Part shown: piece after piece, positions 27,292 to 41,057 of the stretch
Layout of the letters: each line of letters begins with the position of its first letter
Position numbering within the stretch: the stretch's first letter is position 1
Source: Basidiobolus meristosporus CBS 931.73
Lineage: Eukaryota; Fungi; Basidiobolomycota
Assembly (NCBI GenBank): GCA_002104905.1
Contig: MCFE01000161.1
Span: 62,001 to 126,000, forward strand
Direction of reading: 5' to 3'
DNA length: 64,000 nt
Notes under the pieces: generated by a model
Told to the model about the DNA's origin: nothing
What the model saw: the letters and a program-made list of their open reading frames with translations, nothing else
Database searches by the model: none
Translations under genes and position numbers: made by a program

Positions 27292-28823
27292 TCATTGGGC
27301 TTTTTGATGCTCCGGTGCGTGACTGGTTTCATAGTCAACGTGAACAAAAGCGCGCTCCACATTTGGTAGCGTTTCTAGTTTGATTTGCAAACTTTCTCCT
27401 ATGTCATGGCTCTCGTACAGAGGTGTTTCTGGTAGCATCACTATATCTACTTCGACAAATAGATTGTAGCCGGCGTGATAAGCACGACAAGTATCAACTT
27501 GCAAGACTTTAGGATGATGGGTCAATGCTACAATCAGAGCTCATTAAAAACAAGAAGCGTAGCAACGAGCGTTGTTTGGATTACCGATATATGTTACTTT
27601 CTTCAGGAAATTCGTGTCTGCTGACTTGCCAACTATCAGCTGAATATTTTCTAAAGATGAGTAGCGTGGTAAGTTCAATTGGTTAACCCATTCTGTTTTG
27701 GTAAAAATGGCAAACCATATGCAGTAGCTGTCCATGATCGAAGTATGACAAGCGCCACTATCAAGGCCCCCACCGGATCAATCCACCAGTAAATCTTGCT
27801 TCCCAATAACGAGGCAGTTAAACCAAAGCCATTGACTAGAAGGTCATTCTGGTGATCTTGTGCGAATGTTTTGGCAGCAGGAAATTCTCTGAGTGTTCGA
27901 CAGTAAAGGAATAGAACAAATTTGGTCCCCAAGGCAATCGAGACGCACACTATACTCCATGTATCCAGCTTTGGTGAGTGATCACGCCCAAGTAGAGTCC
28001 TGACGCCTTCAATCTGTGAAATACGTGTGAAAACCACATCCAGTATATATAACCATAACCTACATACAATCAACTCCAAAGAAAGAGTGCCCATTAACGC
28101 TGAAAAAACAATAATTCCAACGGTCTCCATACGAGCTTTACCCTAAGAGGCTTTTGATTAGACTTATTTTTGGCAGCTTAGCTCCCATACGTACAGTGGG
28201 ATATTTGAGTATATTGCTTCTGGCGGCTGCACGGGCAGCAAAAACCAAGACTGCACTAGAGAAGAGATCCATGAACGAGTCGGCCATGGTGGCGAATAAG
28301 GACAATGATTTGGAAGCGATTGCTGCATATAGCTGCAGCATAAATAATATGATATTTGCGGCAAAAGAGCCATATACCGCCACCTTGACCTTTACGTGAC
28401 CAACGTTAGAAGTATGTAAATTTGCGTAATCGAGATACAGCAGCATACTTTGAGTAAGTGAGAATCATCCTCTGAACCGCTGATATTCACGGGGGTTAGA
28501 AAGTCGTCGATAATCTGGTTCTGTTCCTCATAGAAGTCATATACACTTTTTCCTTGGTTTTTTTTCACTTGTTGTAATTCATCGAATGACATTCGCCTGG
28601 AACCTAGTAGTAGAGGATCCGACTCATCTTGAGTGTCCGAGTCGTGTTCGAAATCCTGAGGACTAGCTGCACGGTGTACAAGGTGAGACGTACGACTTAA
28701 ATTCGGTAAGTAACCTGTACTCAAGGTAGGTGGACTAGGACAAACAGTGATTTCTTCCTGAAAGGAACATGGTAACATCTCTATAGAATATTGAGTTGAA
28801 CTGGTTGCGCTAGGTGGACGCAT
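27292..28823 (-). CDS. Cation diffusion facilitator, Mn-CDF/MTP-like metal transporter
   Basis: SLSLFATMADSFMDL, ETVGIIVFSALMG, AQDHQNDLLVN, WWIDPVGA, and C-terminal VEVDIV..SHDIGESLQIKLE..VERAFVHVDYE; multi-exon. Confidence 0.9.
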
Positions 28824-29532
28824 TTTGCTACAGTATTCTTCCGACTACTACCATGACTGTTCAAAGCTTATATAGGTCACTGGAAATAACACCCCTTAGA
28901 CGATGACTCATTTTCCACGGTTTTAATTCAGTTGATATGACTGCCTGTTTGTAACGTGTTCACCAAGTGATTGTCTTACCAATAAAAGGAAATATGTGGA
29001 TTCCTAGGATAATATGGTTTAGCCACCCAAGATTTAACCTAAACTGTAATTCCCCAAAATGATATAAGATATGAACATCTGAAAACGATATAATTTTTGC
29101 ATTCAGGTCAAGTATATTCTGGAAACGATCAATTCAATGATTCCAGGGTACATTAACAAAGTTCGAATTACAAGAATAATAAATCAGATCTAAAACAGTC
29201 TAGAGTTGAAATCAGTAGCCAATTAACCTGTGATCTCGTGGTAACCAAAAGGCTGGTAGATAGGGTGGTATTTACACCAAAACTGGCTCTCGCTTTTATT
29301 ACTTCAGACAATCTAGGTCATGATAATCGGTTATCTACATTTAGTGACTATTTTGTATATAACGTTGACGTAGCTGTAAAAGAAATCTCGCAGATATGGA
29401 TTATTACTAATATTGAATCGGAGATAATACGGAATATTTTGACAGCCCCTTTTGATAGCTAGTTTATGAAGTTTATTAATTAATTACGCAAAATATAAAG
29501 AATAGTCTAATGTTTACGGAGTCTATAATTGA

Positions 29533-30462
29533 TTATTTTATGATATGGAGAGTTGGAGACTCGATATGCGGAGCGTTGCTATTTTCGGGCTGCTCGTTAA
29601 GCAGCGTTCCTTGAAAGTATCCCGTAGTATTGTTCTCCGGACTGTTTTCTGAGGACCATGCACTTTTGCGCCTCCTGTGGGTGGCTTGCATCATCTCTGA
29701 CATCATTTTACTTTTTACTGCCCCTATACAAATCAACATTAGATATGTGTTCTTTGAAAATTTTTGAAGTAAACTCTTACACCCAATATAGAGAAGATAC
29801 CAAGAATTGGCAACGTTTAGAGTGATAGTGATGGCCAATGCTATGTCGCAGGTGATAATAACTAATGCGAAAATTGCTCCATCTCTTGCCAAGATTCGAT
29901 AAATCCCTTTGTTGTTGAACCGCGAGAGGTGAATAATATTGAAAACAAAGATGGCGCTTAATAGGATCATGATTGTGGTAGTGGTTGATACCAACGTCAG
30001 CGTGTACGCAAGCGGGAAATGGATCGTGCAACCACCTAGTGGCCCTTTAGTATAGTTGAAATGAGAAAACATCTCAATAAGACAGAACATCTCTAATCCT
30101 TGTAAAGCGATGCAAATGAATGCTACTAGCTTTGTTGACAGTGCTGTGTGATATGCCTTGAGATAGAGAATCAGGTGAATGCACGATAGCGAGATAAAGG
30201 ATGTTGTGTGATACTGAATGGTAATGGCGAAGCAATCTTTATCTGTCCGCATTTCCAGTATGACTTCCAATAGGCTGTTGATGCATCTAACAAGAGCTTG
30301 AATGAAGTTCAATTTGTAGACCAAAGCCGTCTCTTTCATAGCAATCCGGGTGGCATGGTAAGCACCTTCTAGAGCTAATGGAAGTGAGATGCCAATCATA
30401 ACTATGGTGATGCTATCATGTAGCTGCGCATATTCAATTGCATCGGAGGTTGGATAGTCCAT
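29533..30462 (-). CDS. Multi-pass (about 7 TM) membrane protein, putative receptor-like; one 57-nt intron (29724-29780)
   Basis: Hydrophobic segments throughout. Splicing gtaaga..tatag gives LLYIGWAVKSKMM; GGC lies in a predicted loop. Confidence 0.7.
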   Translation of the reverse strand: MDYPTSDAIEYAQLHDSITIVMIGISLPLALEGAYHATRIAMKETALVYKLNFIQALVRCINSLLEVILEMRTDKDCFAITIQYHTTSFISLSCIHLILYLKAYHTALSTKLVAFICIALQGLEMFCLIEMFSHFNYTKGPLGGCTIHFPLAYTLTLVSTTTTIMILLSAIFVFNIIHLSRFNNKGIYRILARDGAIFALVIITCDIALAITITLNVANSWYLLYIGCKSLLQKFSKNTYLMLICIGAVKSKMMSEMMQATHRRRKSAWSSENSPENNTTGYFQGTLLNEQPENSNAPHIESPTLHIIK

Positions 30463-31678
30463 CGGAGGCGATTAGAGCAGCAATAGAGCGAAGTAAGGCC
30501 TTGGCTTTATACAAGAAATCTCAGGTTAGTTCATATCGTTAGACATTAAAGTACCAGTGTTTTCATTGCCTACTATGATTGTCCCACGTAACTTGTTTCT
30601 GTTTGCTGTAGTACGCCCTCCGGCTTCTGTAACATATGCCAATTTGAAAAGATGAGATCTGCACAATCAGGGATTGAAAGTAGTGCTGAATGAAAAAACT
30701 TTCATTTGAGCGATTTGGTATTACTTCCTAGATATAAGTAGGACACGGTTACCAATACATGCTCTGTGCAAATTTATTTTGGAGGTACATCGGCAAGAAC
30801 TGCACGCCGAAACCCATTTTTTAGATATCGAGATCTTGATTCTGAACAAATCATAAGCCACTGCTCAGTATAGATTTAACACTGGTTATAGTGCAAACTG
30901 GATAAAATCAACGGCAGTAAATGCATTACCGAAAACAAGCTTGGGTAACGATAGGCGCACTGTAAGAACGAATGTGCCACCTTGCATACATTTATCATGT
31001 TTTCTGGAAAGTAAAACGTTCAAACTTGATCCAGAAACTGAAACATAGACCCTTAAGCTGTCTCAAGATCCTCCTTTGTTTCATTTTGAGAACCACCGAT
31101 ATGGATTTGAAAGGTGAGGGCATATGGATGAATGCCGTGTTCTATCGAAACAAGCACCAGACCGTTCTTGCGACTATGTACAGATAGTATCATAAGCTAC
31201 ACCAGAAAGGCAAGATTCAGATGATCGTACAAAGTAAAATGAGTTTCTCACACAAGAGGCCCTATTAAAGAGCTTTGATAGTTCACTTGGGCTCACAGCT
31301 TTGAAATGGGTTTTCCTTATCGAGACAATCGTTTTCACTTTCATTACCTATCCAAAATTGCCGTGAATCTTTTAAATTATACTACAATTACATATTTGGT
31401 GTCGGGACTCCTCGCTGTAGCTGGAATCCTGTCCCAATTCGGATTGAAGAGCACAGTTTCGTACCCGTGAATTAACAGTTGTATATAAATCCGCGGATTT
31501 TCCACCTTTTCTCAATCTGACTCCCAACATTAGGATCATTTTACTTTTTGGATCTGCGGTAACGACCCCAGGTTATCAGGGTTCTATTGCGATAATAGAC
31601 ATCCTTTAGCAGCCTTTCACATTTTGTCAATCATTGATCAACCTTTTTTCCTGCATATTTTTCCTCAAAAATATCTTT

Positions 31679-33214
31679 ATGGAGGGAGAGGAGTCTCATC
31701 CATCATGCTTTTCCTCAGAGGGCTCTTCATTAATCCCAAAGGCAATAGCCCGCCATTCTGGAGATGAATATGCACAAGAGCTCCGCTAGACCGGAGCCTC
31801 AGAGCAGTCATCAACAGGATCTAGATGCTGCACACAAGACGGAGATCGAGACTCGTCGATATCAAAAAGGTAAATCAGTGGAATCTGTACGTAATTGCAC
31901 GTACAAAGCATAGCGGCCTCACCATCAGGAGATGTCACAGATGGGTTCACATGCGGTAAATGTATTTAGTATTTCGTCTGTATTTCATTCCATTTTAACC
32001 TAGCTTCACTCTAGTACATCCATCCATCGCGAGTGATGGGTTTCCCCACACCCATATCACCCGCATCTCCATTAGATCAGGTTATCTTGTGACACAGACG
32101 CTTCTCTGTCATGGAAGGAAGCATAACCCCCTAATCCCATAGAGCCCCCAAAGTTTACAATTAGAGGTCGTTTAGGCCAAGATAAACCACTCTCATGGAA
32201 CGCGTTGACATACGATGAGAGGGGAGTAACATACAGAGAGAGTATGCATAGTCCAGCAGCAACGCCTACTCGCAGAATGGAATACTGTGACTACTGCGAC
32301 AACTATACATTTACGATGCTACAGCAGTGTGGACATCGGTACGAATTTATGGCACATCCTACAGTGTGTATCTGCTAGATTTCCACATAATTCATACTCA
32401 TCAACTATTAGGAGTTGTTTCCAATGCTGGTCTCTTTACAGCCTATCCAAAAAATCTGGTCATAAATTCGGTTATAACTCGTTTTAACGGCATTGAACAG
32501 CACAACATCAATGAAACTCTTCTATTGCGCATGGTATTGATTCTCATCCTGCCTTGCCCTCTTTGAAAACTACCTCTAATTGTCCCCAGGTTCGAGCAGG
32601 GTTAATGGTTCCTAATTTCACTGAGAAGCAAAAATCAATGCTGTTAACAATAAGTATAAGCTTGTGGAATTGTGTTGGGTTTCATTTCATTGAACAACTG
32701 TACGATTTAGAACCTGGAGTGTCCTTATGATCTGGCCCATAATTTTTCCACGGCTTCCTTCACTAACACAAACAAGCCATTTGAAGATAGTTTTAGATTC
32801 GCACTTGCTAATAATCCGACTCCTTAAATTGATCAAAACATCTACACAAGCACCGTTTAACAAGCACTCTGCAAAATCTCCTTCTACCTTGTGCACTGCA
32901 GGGATTTCCAAATCAATATTTGATACAACAAAGTATTATCAAAGTCAAATAGAAACGCTCGGGAATCAAGGTTAGTCTTACTCTCTGATATAACCAACTA
33001 CAAATACTTATCGATTCGCCCAGCAATAGAAGCAGAAAAAAAGGTTCAGAATCTTTCGCAAGATAACCTTAAGCAAAACATTCTTATAATGTAAAATGAG
33101 GAACTCAAGAACGAACTAAAGCGAGCTCAAGCAGAAAATATTGCTTTGCGCAAACGTATTCAAAAAATAGAAAGGTTTGTTTTTGCGCCCTCTTCCACAT
33201 CTACTGTTTCTTAG
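31679..33214 (+). pseudogene. Probable pseudogene of a RING-finger plus coiled-coil protein
   Basis: CDYC (32286-32297)..QQCGHR, intron 32339-32411, then SCFQC gives RING-HC spacing; later CPQVR. The coiled-coil exon at ~33025-33172 carries an in-frame TAA at 33092-33094; other stops and frameshifts lie upstream. Confidence 0.5.
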
Positions 33215-33779
33215 CTCTCCGTTACAGTACGCTCAATCAGGTTTCATGACTTGATTTAACTTGACATGCGAGTTGGATTTTATGATTGCTATGCGCTTTA
33301 TAGATTGCTCAGTTCGTACGTGCTTATGTTAATCAATAGCTACTTGAATCTATATTTTGCTGATCTTCAAATCTATATCTGCATATTTGAAGAAAAATAT
33401 GTAGTATATATGTATTACTCTACAACGATGTTGATAAAACTTTGGCCCTAAACCTTGGAAGATTGCTATGTCTATCTACAACCTAAAAAGCAGCGTTAGT
33501 ACCGAGGGGACTTGGAAAATAGACCCATAGTGGTAGCGTGGTACTTGACCACTAGACTGCCTCTTGATCACTGTGTGTTGGCCGCTATTAATCCACTTTA
33601 CGGTGAAGATCTTGAATTCCAAGGAATTGTATGGAGAATGATTTGTCCCTAAAAGGTATCGCCCTGTTGATCATTAGATGTCAAGACAGCTAACTTGAGC
33701 AAAACCTCTAGTCAAACTTCGTATTTTGATTACAGAAGTAGCATTATAACTTAATTATATTCTAACAATTGCATCGTCA

Positions 33780-34620
33780 TGTGTTGGCCAAATAACATGA
33801 AGTTCATTATTCTCCCCTAGAATTATTTATGGTTGGTAGGACAGATAAGCGATAATTTCCAAAGCTTGCCCTTGATACATCATGTGACAAAGCTCTCCAT
33901 GAAGACACATAATAGTTGACCCGCTATTTCATGTCCGCTCCAAACCAAAGTTCCAAGATATCAACATTTATCTTCAAGTTTTCCAACGGGGCTCAATTCC
34001 AGAAGAGTGAAGATGAATTTCTATATACAGTTGAAAATGCGTAGAATTGGCACTGATTATAAATCAGTGGTAATCAAACAAAAAACCATTAATTTATACA
34101 TATCTATCTGGAAACATGAAGCAGACATCTGACATAAGATACACTGCAGTCAAGTATCAATATAGCTAATGACTTCTGCTTGAATGGGGTATTCTTCAAA
34201 TAGAAAATCACAGTTGATCATGCGAGGGTTTGCTCATCGATTTCTGAACCAGCTTATTCATCGGTTTGCGGTACAACAGGAATTTGAGATTGGGCAACAG
34301 CTCACGAAGTATAGATGTGCTATTCTGAGATCAAGAACAAGCAGTATGGCTGGGTTTGTGATACTGATTGCTTTCCACGGTCAAGTAAAACTATTTCCCA
34401 ATTCGTAGTCTGATGCCGGGGCATGTAGAACAATGCATGTTGCTAATTTTCAGACGAAGCCTCGATTGTGAGTTATGTAGATAGCAATGGGTTAGAAATC
34501 TAAACGGTCCAATCTCACATTCAAGCCATCCACATCAGATAGGGTATGCCACATGATCCAACCTCGAGCGTTAAGCAAATGATCAAGGATAACCGCAAGT
34601 GCTGAAAAGTTCTACATAAA
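33780..34620 (-). mobile_element. Degenerate LINE RT relic
   Basis: Ordered remnants DF*PIAI (~34495), KLATCI, AILLVLDLRIAH (~34340), VISYIDT (~34165) and C*YLGTL (~33960) correspond to RT domains 1-3, 5 and 7, with internal deletions. Confidence 0.45.
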
Positions 34621-35636
34621 ATGGTTCAGGGATTCTCGGTGGATGTAAGACGGCTTTTTGTGCAAGATCACTAATAACCAATGTGCTTCCACATCAAATC
34701 TATAGCTCAAATGGCCTCCAACCTTTCCGGTTATCTAGAACTTTGATGCACACTTCACTAAACAGACCATTATATCCTAAATGAGAAGTACCAGTACCAA
34801 TTAAAGTTCGCCGTTGCGGGAAGTGACCCGGAGCCTATTACGATACTCCATCTTAGATGCAATCATGTAGGAGCTTACTATTCTTGCTACAAGGAGGCTA
34901 TCAACAAGTGAGCAATCAAATAGCCAGCATACAGCTTGTCGATAATGAGCCCTACCTCTAATGCATATCATACGTATGGAAGCTGCACCAAATTCTAGTT
35001 CCCAACCTGCGAATTTTGAACAGGCGTGAAAGATCGTCATTCTGTTTGCTTATGTATAGATATGCATATATGTGCACACCGAGAATACACGAATTCAATA
35101 TGATTAATTAAATTTGGAATAAAAAGTTAGATTGGCAGGAAAGTGTGTCTAAGCCATAAAACAAACGGGTTGCTCGTCTGGATTGCCATATATACATGAC
35201 CTCACTACATCACAGTACTTGAGCCGAAAGAACTATACATGCTCTTCTGAGCGTCACGATCCGAGAATACCAAGTGATATGGTCAGGCTAATCTAACATT
35301 TATCCAACCGGAGTTGTTGGCACATCGGGGGTTGGCCTCTTTCAAACGTAAGAAGTGCATGGTTCTTACCAAGTATGCTGCTAAATTAAATTTGGTGAGC
35401 TCAATGTGCAAGTACGATCATAGTCCAAGGCACATAATTCAATCAATCTGATAGTCTGATTTGACTTTTTAGACATTCCTCCGCGTATTTGCCCCCCTTT
35501 ATGGATGCTATAAAAGCCGCTTTAGAAGTCTGCTGGAATCGTTTGAAGTCCACCATTTCTGTCCTATACCCATTTAGACTATTAGATCGCGCATACAATC
35601 AAACCGGCTTTTCACCACATCGTCACCATTTTTTGA

Positions 35637-38602
35637 ATGAGCTTAAAGACAGCTACTCCAAGGATCCCTTGTCGAGTGGGATTCCCATCCAACTTAGTTC
35701 AAACGAACATGAAAAAGCCCTCTTGCAGGCATTCGGTTTTCCCTAGTCTGGGTTTATCGGAGGCCTCTCATCACGGGGACAATTTCTATCTGAGCCAGTT
35801 TCCTCGTCAGGCACGCCGATCAAGGATTCTGGCGGCTCGTCATCAGACAGCGTTTGAACATATTGAATCATACATTAGGGTTACCGCCTTTGTATCATTA
35901 CACCATTACTTTACAGTAACTGTATCCCGTGCAAGTACAGTGGAGGAGCTTTGCAAACTAATCGAGGCCGAATATGCCTTTAACTATTTGTGCTCTCCGA
36001 CCCCAGCTAGTAGTCTGGATTACGTTCGGGAGTCTACTCAGAGTTTAAAGCAACTACTAGATAGGGGCTTGATGGAAGATTTGGCTGACTCAGAGCTGTT
36101 AGGTTCCGACAGTACATTGGAGGAAGATGAGGGTAATGCCAAGCCCCTAATTTGTGGAGCCATTTTCTCCGGAAAAAGGGAGTTGCGCTTTTCCGATACT
36201 GTTGGAGATGTCTTGGATAAGAATGATATCGTTCGTGTAGTGAACATTTACGAAGGTATTGTGTAGGCATCTTTCGGCCCAAAGTCGGAACATACTAAGA
36301 TTTTCCTACCTAGAAATGACGATGATCAACGAAACGAGTGGGATTGGACACGACTCTCGAAGGTGGTCTAGTCCGACTGCCAATGTCCGGTTAGACGAAA
36401 CTTTTGTGGATAAACGAACCGGCACATCCCTGCTAACCCAACCCTCAGATGCCAAGCCGCTAACAGAACAAGTTCGCAATAATTCCGCCGAAATGCGATT
36501 TCAGAATATCTTTGAAAACAAGATCTGCCTGAACTATTTTCGACAGTTTTGCTTGCACGAGTGCACTATAGAAAGTTTTCTCTTTTGGGTAGAAGTAGAG
36601 GTGTATAGGTGCACCAAGTCAGCTTTGGTCCCGGTGATTGCAGAATATCTTTACAAAGTCTACATTGACACCGATGGTCCATTGCGTATCAACATCCCTG
36701 AAGCAATCAGGAGCAATATACTGCCGCCAATTTCATCTTCTGATTATCTTCCAAACTTGAACATGTTTGATGAAGCTCAAGAATATGTTTTCGATCTTCT
36801 GGCACATCATGTGCTACCTCAATTCGAGGCCAGTGAGCTTTACATAAAGCTTGTGAATGACCAAGCTGTTGGTAAGCGACTCTATGCCGTAATCTGAAGA
36901 TGTATCACTATGCTAATACTGCTCAATATTTTAAGATCGGACCAACTTTGAGCAAGCTTACATCAGTGAGTCGATTACTAAATGGCTTCAATTCGATATC
37001 GGAACTGTGGCTAATGTGATGGATACTATAAGTAAATATCAAGAAAATCAGCAAGAGATGCAGAGTGCACTACAGGAGAGAGATCATATACTGGAGTTGA
37101 TTATGAATCAGATGTTCACACATATCCCTATGCGACCGTATTTCACCGAATCAAGGCATGGCAATGGCGGTCAAAGCACTAAGAACGTCTTGCTTAAGAA
37201 AAGACTGGCAAAGCTGGTGGGCCGGAGATCAGTAGAAACAGAAAGCATCCAGCTTATCATAAATGAGCTGTTGCCGACCCAAAAACCGTCGTTGAATGAT
37301 CAAGAGTCCTGGCTTCATCGCAACTCTTCCATTAACACCAACCAAGGAATGATCAAGAAGAAGAAAATAGAAAGGTTAGAAAAGTTAGAGGATTTTTTTG
37401 GGAAAAAGCTGTCTACTACCCAGCTTGCCCATCAGAACTTGGTTAGCCCAGAGGATGATTTCGAAATCCAGAGCATTCCAGAGGATGTCGATGCTCCATT
37501 ATGTCCATTGACTACTTACAATGAACTTTCCGCAGGCGAACGCCGATTACTTGCGAAGCGTACCCGGAAATTGAACCTTCTCTTTGGAGAGCCAATGAAT
37601 GAACAATTGGTCTCCAAATCCCTAACGAATCCCATAATTGCAAACAAGCTGGCCAGTACCACCGCTCAAAACCCATATGATTCTTGCAAGTTTGCTCCCG
37701 AGCATGAAGAACTGGGAAGGGAGCAGAAAAATCCAGATTTAGGTGTGAAAAGCAACTCGAAGGAGATCAAACGCAAAAAGCTCGTCAAACTTCATCAACT
37801 GCTAGGAGTGTACCCACCTCCCAATCAGATCGAAAAAGGCTCCTCCCCAAATGTGAAATGTGAAGAGAGTATGATTCAACGAAATGTCAAGACTGCACCA
37901 CCTGAGATTCGAAAACTGCAAGTGAAACGAGCCAACAAATTAGAGAAGGTATTCGGTCAACATCCTCCCAAGGAGTTCATCAAGGTCAATAAAGAAACCG
38001 AAATTCCTCTGCAAAAGCGCACCTCCATTGTATCCTACTTGCTAGACGCCGAGAGTTCTATGGATGATCTGATGCACTACCTTAAACTCTTGTCAGCAAT
38101 CAAGGATAAACAACCACTCACTGGGCCGCTACTTAGGGATGCATCGGATAGCTGTGAGGAACTGTCTGAGGATGAAGATCACTTGGCATGCGATAGTATC
38201 GATAAGGCGACTCGTCAGAAGAAACTGTCAAAACTTCGTAGATTCTTTGGCAATGATCTCGGTTTAGAGTCGCTAATCACGCAGAATATACTTCTTCGCC
38301 AGCAACTGGTCGCTGAAAGCTTATATGGTATGAATAAGGAGAGTGAATTATTTGGACAACACTTGAATGATTTGGAGCTTACTGAGGACGAAGCAGCTGA
38401 GGAGTATGTACGTCAAGCGATGAAAACCGATTTTGAGCAATTACGCAGAGAGGTTCAAGATTTACATCGCTTGGATTCTCGTGATTATTCACAAGGTAAT
38501 ATCATGAAGCGGGTAGCCAGAACTTCCAGTGCTCCAGGAGCCAACCCCTTCCGCCCTCTGCGCACCAACACGTACTCGGCAACTAATAACACAAACAAAT
38601 GA
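35637..38602 (+). CDS. RGS-domain protein with N-terminal ubiquitin-like segment and repeat-containing C-terminus
   Basis: Three exons (introns ~36257-36313 and ~36873-36935). RGS domain FQNIFENKICLNYFRQFC..ESFLFWVEVE..YIDTDGPLRINI..FDEAQEYVFDLL..PQFEASELY. Confidence 0.85.
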
Positions 38603-40190
38603 AGACCCCGAATCTTACTAACGTATTCCCGCAAGTAGCTGCGCTATACTTTCCAGATACCCTTTTTGATATAGCATGTACACAATCAGCCTTTTTTCAA
38701 CACCTTGGGCCCACTAAGAGGACCCTCAAGCTTTCCTAATTCCATTACAGCCCATCAACATCATACTGCAAACCAAGCTTAAATTATCAACCCTCGTATT
38801 TACTATAACCGTTAAAGCAAATCCTAAGTCGTACGCCAGTAACCTTACACAACGCATCTCAACCAGTAGAATATTAATAAACCTTAATTGACGATCTGAT
38901 TGAATTCAATATGGGTTTAGAATATTGCCCTATAGTGTTCATTGAAGTATAAAAATGACCGTTATGTTTCATATCACTCAACCCATAATTGTAACGATAT
39001 CTTAATGTACTAAATATGTCTGCTAGCAAGCCGAATAACTCGGTTTGACTAACTTGGAACACAACTGAGTGTTAGTTGATATCTATAATCCCGCACAAAG
39101 GCGCATCACGAACCTTTCCACTCATTGATGTACAAAGAAGTCAGGCATTCCGCTACAAAACACCTGAATACATAGTGTAATGATATTTATGCTAATTACA
39201 TACATTTATTATTCTGCAATGGCATACGAAAGATTCTTGATAGAAAATTACCAGATGCCAAATATCCATTCAAACATTGAGATGCCTCAGCAGTACTAAG
39301 AGTAGCAGTGTATTCCTCCGGTAGACAACGGGTTCTCGGTGGATATGAGCTGAATACTTTCACAGTCTGTGCAATTGAAGCATCGGTCAATCCCACCCCA
39401 GTACCCCGAACCCTTAGTAAATTATCCGTGCCAACATATTCCAGGATTATTGATTAGCTACTGGTACTCCGTCCAAATATGTACTTTTCGAAGGGAGGGG
39501 GTGACAGTATCGATAGACGGTTGAACACATTACCATAACGAGCGTGGATGATGGAAACTTGAACACATCCTTAAAACATTCAGAATTGTTCTGGAGAAAT
39601 GGCAAGCCCTAGGTCTGAGCTGGCCCTGCCTACGATCATGCACGATGTAACCTTTCTTTTTCAGCTTTGACGAAGATTTCCTACATAGAAACGTTTTTCC
39701 CGCTCACGTCCTTCAGGCTCTATCACAGGCGTTTCTGTGAAAGAGACCCTATTTTAATGAGATACAAAATTTTTATCTAGAATATTAACATATTTTGAAT
39801 CCTGACGCCAAAGCTATTAGAAATCAGGTTTCCACCAGCATGTTGAGTATGTTGGGTTCTCAATAATTACCACGGTTTCTAGGGTACTCTTGCAAGTATC
39901 TCTGGGATGGCCCAGGTCTGTATATCAGAACGTGACATACCCCTACGTGTAAGTGTGTAGGCTTGTGGGACCTGCGAACAGATGTTCAAGGTTGTCTAAG
40001 AGTGAAGAATATTTAGTAGAATGGCTTGGGAAAATACGTTGAAAGGATTGCTGAGACTGTATTAGGGATGTTGATGATTAGTATAATAATTGTACCGATT
40101 TTCTCTATTAATCGAAATAAACAGCAGGTATCAGCGAATATTAGATCAGGAATTACCGATCAAACAATACCTACTGGGGCAGCTTACACC

Positions 40191-40219
40191 ACTACTACTA
40201 TTATTATTATTATTATTAT
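40191..40219. repeat. (ACT)3(ATT)n trinucleotide microsatellite
   Basis: actactactattattattattattattat read directly. Confidence 0.9.
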
Positions 40220-41057
40220 GGAGAAACCTTGATTTTGTTACCAATGATTTCCACCGAATCCAACCCCTGCCCCAATACACTTTGATGGCTGGGAAAAACC
40301 TATATTTGCGGAGAGACCGAGTCACAACACCAAGTTATTCAACATTTTATCTTGCTGATTATTCCAAGACATAATATTGACTAGTAACAGGAAGTGAATG
40401 TGAGACAGCTGCCCTTGTGTGTGGGAACTGTTATCAGCGAAATTGGCCAATCCAAATGAGATGGTGTGTCACTACTTGTGCCATGGACCTATGAAATTAA
40501 CAGCGGTTTGGCTTCTAATACACGGCAGGTGCACTCTAAAATCACCATCTTGCGGCTGAATTGGCTTATATGGGAACCAGTGGAGATAATCTCGAGATTC
40601 CTCTTCATCTTATGAATTCAAGTCACAACGCATCTGTAAAAAGTAGTTTTCTGTATATTGTGATCATATAATTATCCTTGAAATATGGGAGCTCCTTCCA
40701 AACTTGGCACTAAACACTGCACATATGATGATGAGGGTTTCACTGATGAAAATTCCACTTCCCTTGCACCAATTAATAGCATTCAACTGTGTGGGACGCT
40801 GAACCCATTTGGTTGCATTATGAGTGTTTCTATGTATGGCTGCATTCATTCGAAGAATCCCATCACTGTACATTCCAATATTGTGGAGAAATGCACGTTA
40901 CTCATGTAACGTGAATATTGCTCAGCTCCTCTGTATATAAGTTCTTGGGAACTTCTCCACAACCTCACTGCGCTGCCCTTTTCCGACTCGTATTTATACA
41001 CCCATTCCATATCATTCGTTTAGCATATTCTATTTTTGAGCATTTTATTAAAGCAGC

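Noticed and set aside
32500-32570. In-frame TGA near Cys motifs (CPL*) read as selenocysteine
   Set aside because: The same locus has TAA and TAG stops and frameshifts, and no SECIS-like element was recognised. The TGA codons in the Prm10 relic fail for the same reason.
39200-39900. Possible further LINE relic (TYLDGVP, GVRIQ)
   Set aside because: Only two weak motif echoes, which is insufficient without an HMM search.
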